Of a DNA stretch of 64,000 bases, positions 60,107 through 64,000 are shown piece after piece. The number at the start of each line of letters is the position of its first letter. The stretch's first letter is position 1. The position numbers and the translations under genes are program-made. This stretch comes from Prevotella sp. (GTDB taxonomy: Bacteria; Bacteroidota; Bacteroidia; Bacteroidales; Dysgonomonadaceae): assembly GCA_031285625.1 (NCBI GenBank), contig JAITVV010000071.1, forward strand, positions 1-64,000. Direction: 5' to 3'. The notes under the pieces are model-generated. The model was given only the letters and a program-made list of their open reading frames with translations, did not search any database and was not told the origin of the DNA.

Positions 60107-60327
60107 TCCTATATTCTGAGAAAATGGAATCTGTAATGATATTTCCATTCTGTTTTTCTCAAATCATAAGAAACTCATTGATAGAATAATACAAAACTTG
60201 TAGTTAGGATTTATAAAAATTAACCGGGATTTTAGGATTAAACTATATTTTTGTTAAGTCATCGGAAATATTGACAGTGGATGTTTTATATTCCCAACCT
60301 TACACACTTTACAGAACAAGCAAACTT

Positions 60328-60362
60328 AAAAAGGAGCAAATCGGTGAGATTCGCTCCTTTTT
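60328..60362 (-). terminator. Intrinsic terminator
   Basis: AAAAAGGAGCAAATC-GGTGA-GATTCGCTCCTTTTT. Confidence 0.7.
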
Positions 60363-60384
60363 GATTATAGAAAAATGTAAATTG

Positions 60385-61248
60385 TTAATTTGTTCTCCAG
60401 ACAATATAAGATGTATTCAAAGGTACTTCAGGCTGCTCAACCCCAAACTCTGTTTTGTTATGTTCCTTGTCATAATACCACCCAAAGGCTGTGTTTGTTC
60501 CCACTAAATAGATAGCATCACTTACACCTATATCAATAAGTGCTTGTGAAAAGTCATGAAATGATTCGGCACTACGGCTTTCAACCATTACAACCTTACT
60601 GGATCTCACAGCCAGAGCCCGGCGTATCGATTTATTCTTGGGATTGTTTTCTATAAGCTCACCTTCGCTAACAAGAGGATATTGTCTGAAGAAATAACCT
60701 TTTGAATCAATTGCTTTTTTTAAGAGCGGCGTATTGTCTTTAACTCCAATAGTGATATCGCCATCTATAATGGCGCAAAATCCCGTTTTTGCAATACCTC
60801 TGGACAATTGTTGCCCTGCCAGTACAAAGTCTCCCACAATCTCAAGATTATCGCCTCTGATATCCGCTGCCTGCGTGATAAAGATGATTGTGGAGTCAGA
60901 TTTATCCGGCTGGCCTACCGATAATGTCATTTCCGCATCGTGAGGTAGATAGACAAATAAAGGTACATCGTTAACCGTCTCCTCCAAAACTTCTACATAA
61001 CCTTTTATTGTATCATTTTTTATGGGGCTGGGGATCGTTTTTTCTATAGTTTGATGTGTAACCGGTTCAAAATAGTAATCGGGTTCTTGTTTTTGTAAAG
61101 AGAATATCAAGACAAGTATGATTGCTATTACGGCAATACAGACACCGATTATCACCCATATTTTACCAGAATTAGGTTTTTTCTCTCCACCTTCCTTCGA
61201 ACCAAGAAAGTAGACATCATTTTCAGCTTTTATATCTTTCTTGCTCAT
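60385..61248 (-). CDS. Single-TM protein with NAGPA/phosphodiester-glycosidase-like C-terminal domain
   Basis: TM helix; PLV..G, RRALAV, DAIYLVG (cf. NAGPA A.NLDGG). Confidence 0.5.
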   Translation of the reverse strand: MSKKDIKAENDVYFLGSKEGGEKKPNSGKIWVIIGVCIAVIAIILVLIFSLQKQEPDYYFEPVTHQTIEKTIPSPIKNDTIKGYVEVLEETVNDVPLFVYLPHDAEMTLSVGQPDKSDSTIIFITQAADIRGDNLEIVGDFVLAGQQLSRGIAKTGFCAIIDGDITIGVKDNTPLLKKAIDSKGYFFRQYPLVSEGELIENNPKNKSIRRALAVRSSKVVMVESRSAESFHDFSQALIDIGVSDAIYLVGTNTAFGWYYDKEHNKTEFGVEQPEVPLNTSYIVWRTN

Positions 61249-61631
61249 ATCTCTACCCTCCTGTTCTTTAAACTATCTTCTAATACATTCTTTAGCGCTC
61301 TCAAAGCTTCTTTTGAAGCTGAGAGTACAAACTTATGAGGAAAACTACTGTCTGATAAAATAATCTGCTGCTTGGATACATTCACATAATAGATATACTT
61401 AGCATTAATTATCAGACTTTTTCCTAGTCGGATAAATGTTTGGGCATCCATACCCAACTGTTGCTCTATCACTCTCTCAAAGGTACCCAGATTGAATGTA
61501 AACAGATGCTCATCTTTATTGATAAGTACCATGGTAGAATAGTTCCCATCAGAAGAGATGTACACTATCCTGTCAGGCGAGACTCTTACCAGATCATTAC
61601 TGTTTGTTAAAACCAGATATCTTACCATCAT
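61245..61631 (-). CDS. Stand-alone LytTR-domain regulator
   Basis: IVYISSDGNYS, FIRLGKSLIIN. Confidence 0.85.
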   Translation of the reverse strand: MMVRYLVLTNSNDLVRVSPDRIVYISSDGNYSTMVLINKDEHLFTFNLGTFERVIEQQLGMDAQTFIRLGKSLIINAKYIYYVNVSKQQIILSDSSFPHKFVLSASKEALRALKNVLEDSLKNRRVEI

Positions 61632-61724
61632 AATCTTTTTATCAATACAAAAATAGGCTATTCTTTGTATTTCCGGTTATTTCCATCAAGTATATGTATA
61701 AAATACTATGTTTATTGTATGAAA

Positions 61725-62111
61725 TTATCTGCCTGAGATGAGAAGGGTCAGAATAAGTATTAGATAATCTTTCAGCACAATTCTTAAAATTTTGATTGTC
61801 TTTGTTATATGATATTCCACAGCTTTTACACTGAGGTCATACAATTCGGCAATCTCCTTGTTGGATTTATCACCAAACCGGCTCAACATAAATATATCCT
61901 TAGTCTGTGGAGGGAGATTATCAAGTGTTTTAACCAGTAAGGACTGTATTTCACTAGAGAATAATTGTTGAGGTTCACAAGCCTCGAGAGTAGATATTCT
62001 TATATTCATATCCGCTTCGTACAGTGATTTGATATTATCAAAAGCCCGGACTTTAACGGCTTCATGCTTCAGATGATCCAATGCTTTATTCTTAAGAATG
62101 CTTATGAGTAA
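61725..62111 (-). pseudogene. N-terminally truncated ECF sigma-70 factor
   Basis: Frame reads LLISILKNKALDHLKH (end of region 2) through region 4 (LPPQTKDIFMLSRF..KSNKEIA..LSVKAVEYHI); upstream DNA is susC sequence. Confidence 0.8.
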
Positions 62112-64000
62112 GACCGCCTATGATATCAAGACCTGTACGGCCACCGCCAACATCTACAACTGTATTTTTCACATATGATGCATTTCCGCCTATATTGAAA
62201 TTTACTTTACCAATATTAAATTTATAAGATGCTTCCAACTCTATACCTTCATTCTTTACAGATCCGGCATTTGCATTCATTCCGTAAAATCCTGTATATT
62301 CCGGCAGAGGAACATATAGTAACATATCCTTGGTCTTTTTGTGGAAATAATCTGCCGTGAATGTCAAAGCGCTTTTAAAGAATCGTAGATCAAGACCTAT
62401 ATCTGTTTGTTCTGAAGTTTCCCATTTCAGGTCGCTGTTTACATATCCTGAGGTTTTACCTCCTGTAAGCACCTTGCCGTCAACAACAGCATTGTATCCC
62501 ATCGACATCATACTGGTATACCCAAAAGCTCCGATAGCCTCATTACCATTTTGTCCCCAGCCGAAACGGATTTTTCCAAAATCGAGCCAGTTTGAAGTTC
62601 CTTTCATAAAATCTTCGCGTGTAAATGCCCAGCCGACAGATACTGAAGGGAAAGTTGCATACTTATAGTTAGGTCCGAAATTTGAGGATCCATCACGTCT
62701 GATTACGGCCTCTAACAGATATTTTTCGTCATAGTTATAGTTTACACGACCGAATACAGAAGCCAGTTTGTGATCGCTACCGCCACCACTTACACGTTCG
62801 AGGCTACGGTCTCCAGTAGCGATATCTATATATACTTTGTTAGGATCAACAACTAACAGATCGTAGTCTGTACCAGAAATATTTGAAAAAGTATATGACG
62901 ACATAGTTGTACCTCCCAACAAACCCAGGTTGTGCAACCCAAAGGATTTGTTGTAAGAAACAATATTTTCCCATTGCCAGAAGAATGATTCTGTTTTTTC
63001 GTCCTCTACACGCGAAATAGTGTTCTTATCTGTTGTATTCAGGTCATATACAGGAATTGCATTCTTGATAGAATTGAATCCCCAGTCGAACCCAGCTGTC
63101 GTTTTATATTTTAATCCGGGAAGAACGGCAATATCGAGATTAAAGTTTGCACTGAATACCTGCGGAACTCTCTTTTGATTATTATTTACCTGTAATGCTG
63201 CAAATGTATTGTTCACATCATTCATGTCTATAATATTATATGCTCTTCCGTTAGGAGCTTTTATGTAATTAGGATAAGTTACTGCATATCGTTCAAGTTC
63301 TTTCGGATCATCCTGATATATGCTCTCTGTAGGAGGTAACATATTCATAGAGGAAATAATACCTCCGGCTTCAGTATTGTTTATAGTATTACCTGTTCTT
63401 GTAGTTCTTGAATAACTGGTAATTGCTCCTAATACAATGTTGTTTAACCAGGTTCTCTCTTTAGTATCAACAAGTGTATTTGAATAGTTAAGGCGTCCGT
63501 TGAACCTTTCATAATCAGCATAGCCCTTTGCCATAATACCGCTTTGTTTTACATAACCCAGCGAAACATAATAAGTACTGTTGTCACCACCTCCGCTAAG
63601 AGACATCTTGTGATTTACAACCGGAGCATTCTTGTATGTCAGTTCTTTCTGCCAATCTGTATTAATTGACGATGGAGTTTCAAAATATGGTTTCTTTCCT
63701 GAGTTCGCAGCCATCTCATTCATCATCATCTGATATTGCTGGCTATTCATCAAGTCTACCTTTCTCTCAGGATTTTGTATACCATATGTGAATTCATAAT
63801 TTAATGTCGTCTTAGACATTTTTTTCCCACCTTTTGTAGATATCAGCACCACACCATTCGCACCACGTGAACCATAGATAGCCGCAGAAGCAGCATCTTT
63901 TAATATTTCGATGGATTCGATATCCGATGGGTTCAGATGATTTATCCCGTTGTATGATGGCATACCATCGATAATATAAAGTGGATCAGAGTTGTTTACT
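62092..64000 (-). pseudogene. SusC/RagA TonB-dependent transporter, C-terminally truncated (5' end outside window)
   Basis: PLYIIDG, DIESIEILKDAASAAIYGSRGANGVVLI, RDGSSNF, DLKWETS, NAGSVKNEGIE; ends mid-barrel at GLTHKHS* with no terminal Phe strand. Confidence 0.85.

Noticed and set aside
1-64000. CRISPR array or tandem guide-RNA array
   Set aside because: No regularly spaced repeat series and no cas genes seen.

Overview
This window is a Bacteroidales chromosomal segment, Dysgonomonas-like by inference from gene content and recurrent TAnnTTTG promoters. Most of it is housekeeping and envelope genes (nadD, gmk, yicC, TamB, fhs, WcaJ-type transferase, mltG, queA, uvrB, uvrA, tRNA-Lys). The main accessory feature is a ~10-kb AT-rich integrative element (32386-42434) inserted in the last codons of a small DUF2795-type gene. 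It is bounded by a 22-bp direct repeat with one mismatch and regenerates the host C-terminus plus a look-alike terminator. The element carries a tyrosine integrase, an HTH/excisionase, a stand-alone NUMOD3 peptide and a putative rolling-circle Rep/relaxase with a candidate T^AATAG nick site. It also carries a small ORF plus lipoprotein behind a two-state RNA leader, a short serine recombinase with an inverted-repeat site, and an N6-adenine methyltransferase plus PD-(D/E)XK nuclease pair. By eye it contains no GATC. Elsewhere: a radical SAM/SPASM plus CYG-lipoprotein pair followed by an unannotated 55-aa ORF, a probable pseudo-phosphatase/phosphatase pair, two orphan immunity-like genes, two genes broken by single in-frame stops, and a truncated SusC joined to a decapitated ECF sigma gene. 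No CRISPR array or rRNA was seen. All family assignments come from motif recognition, not database searches.
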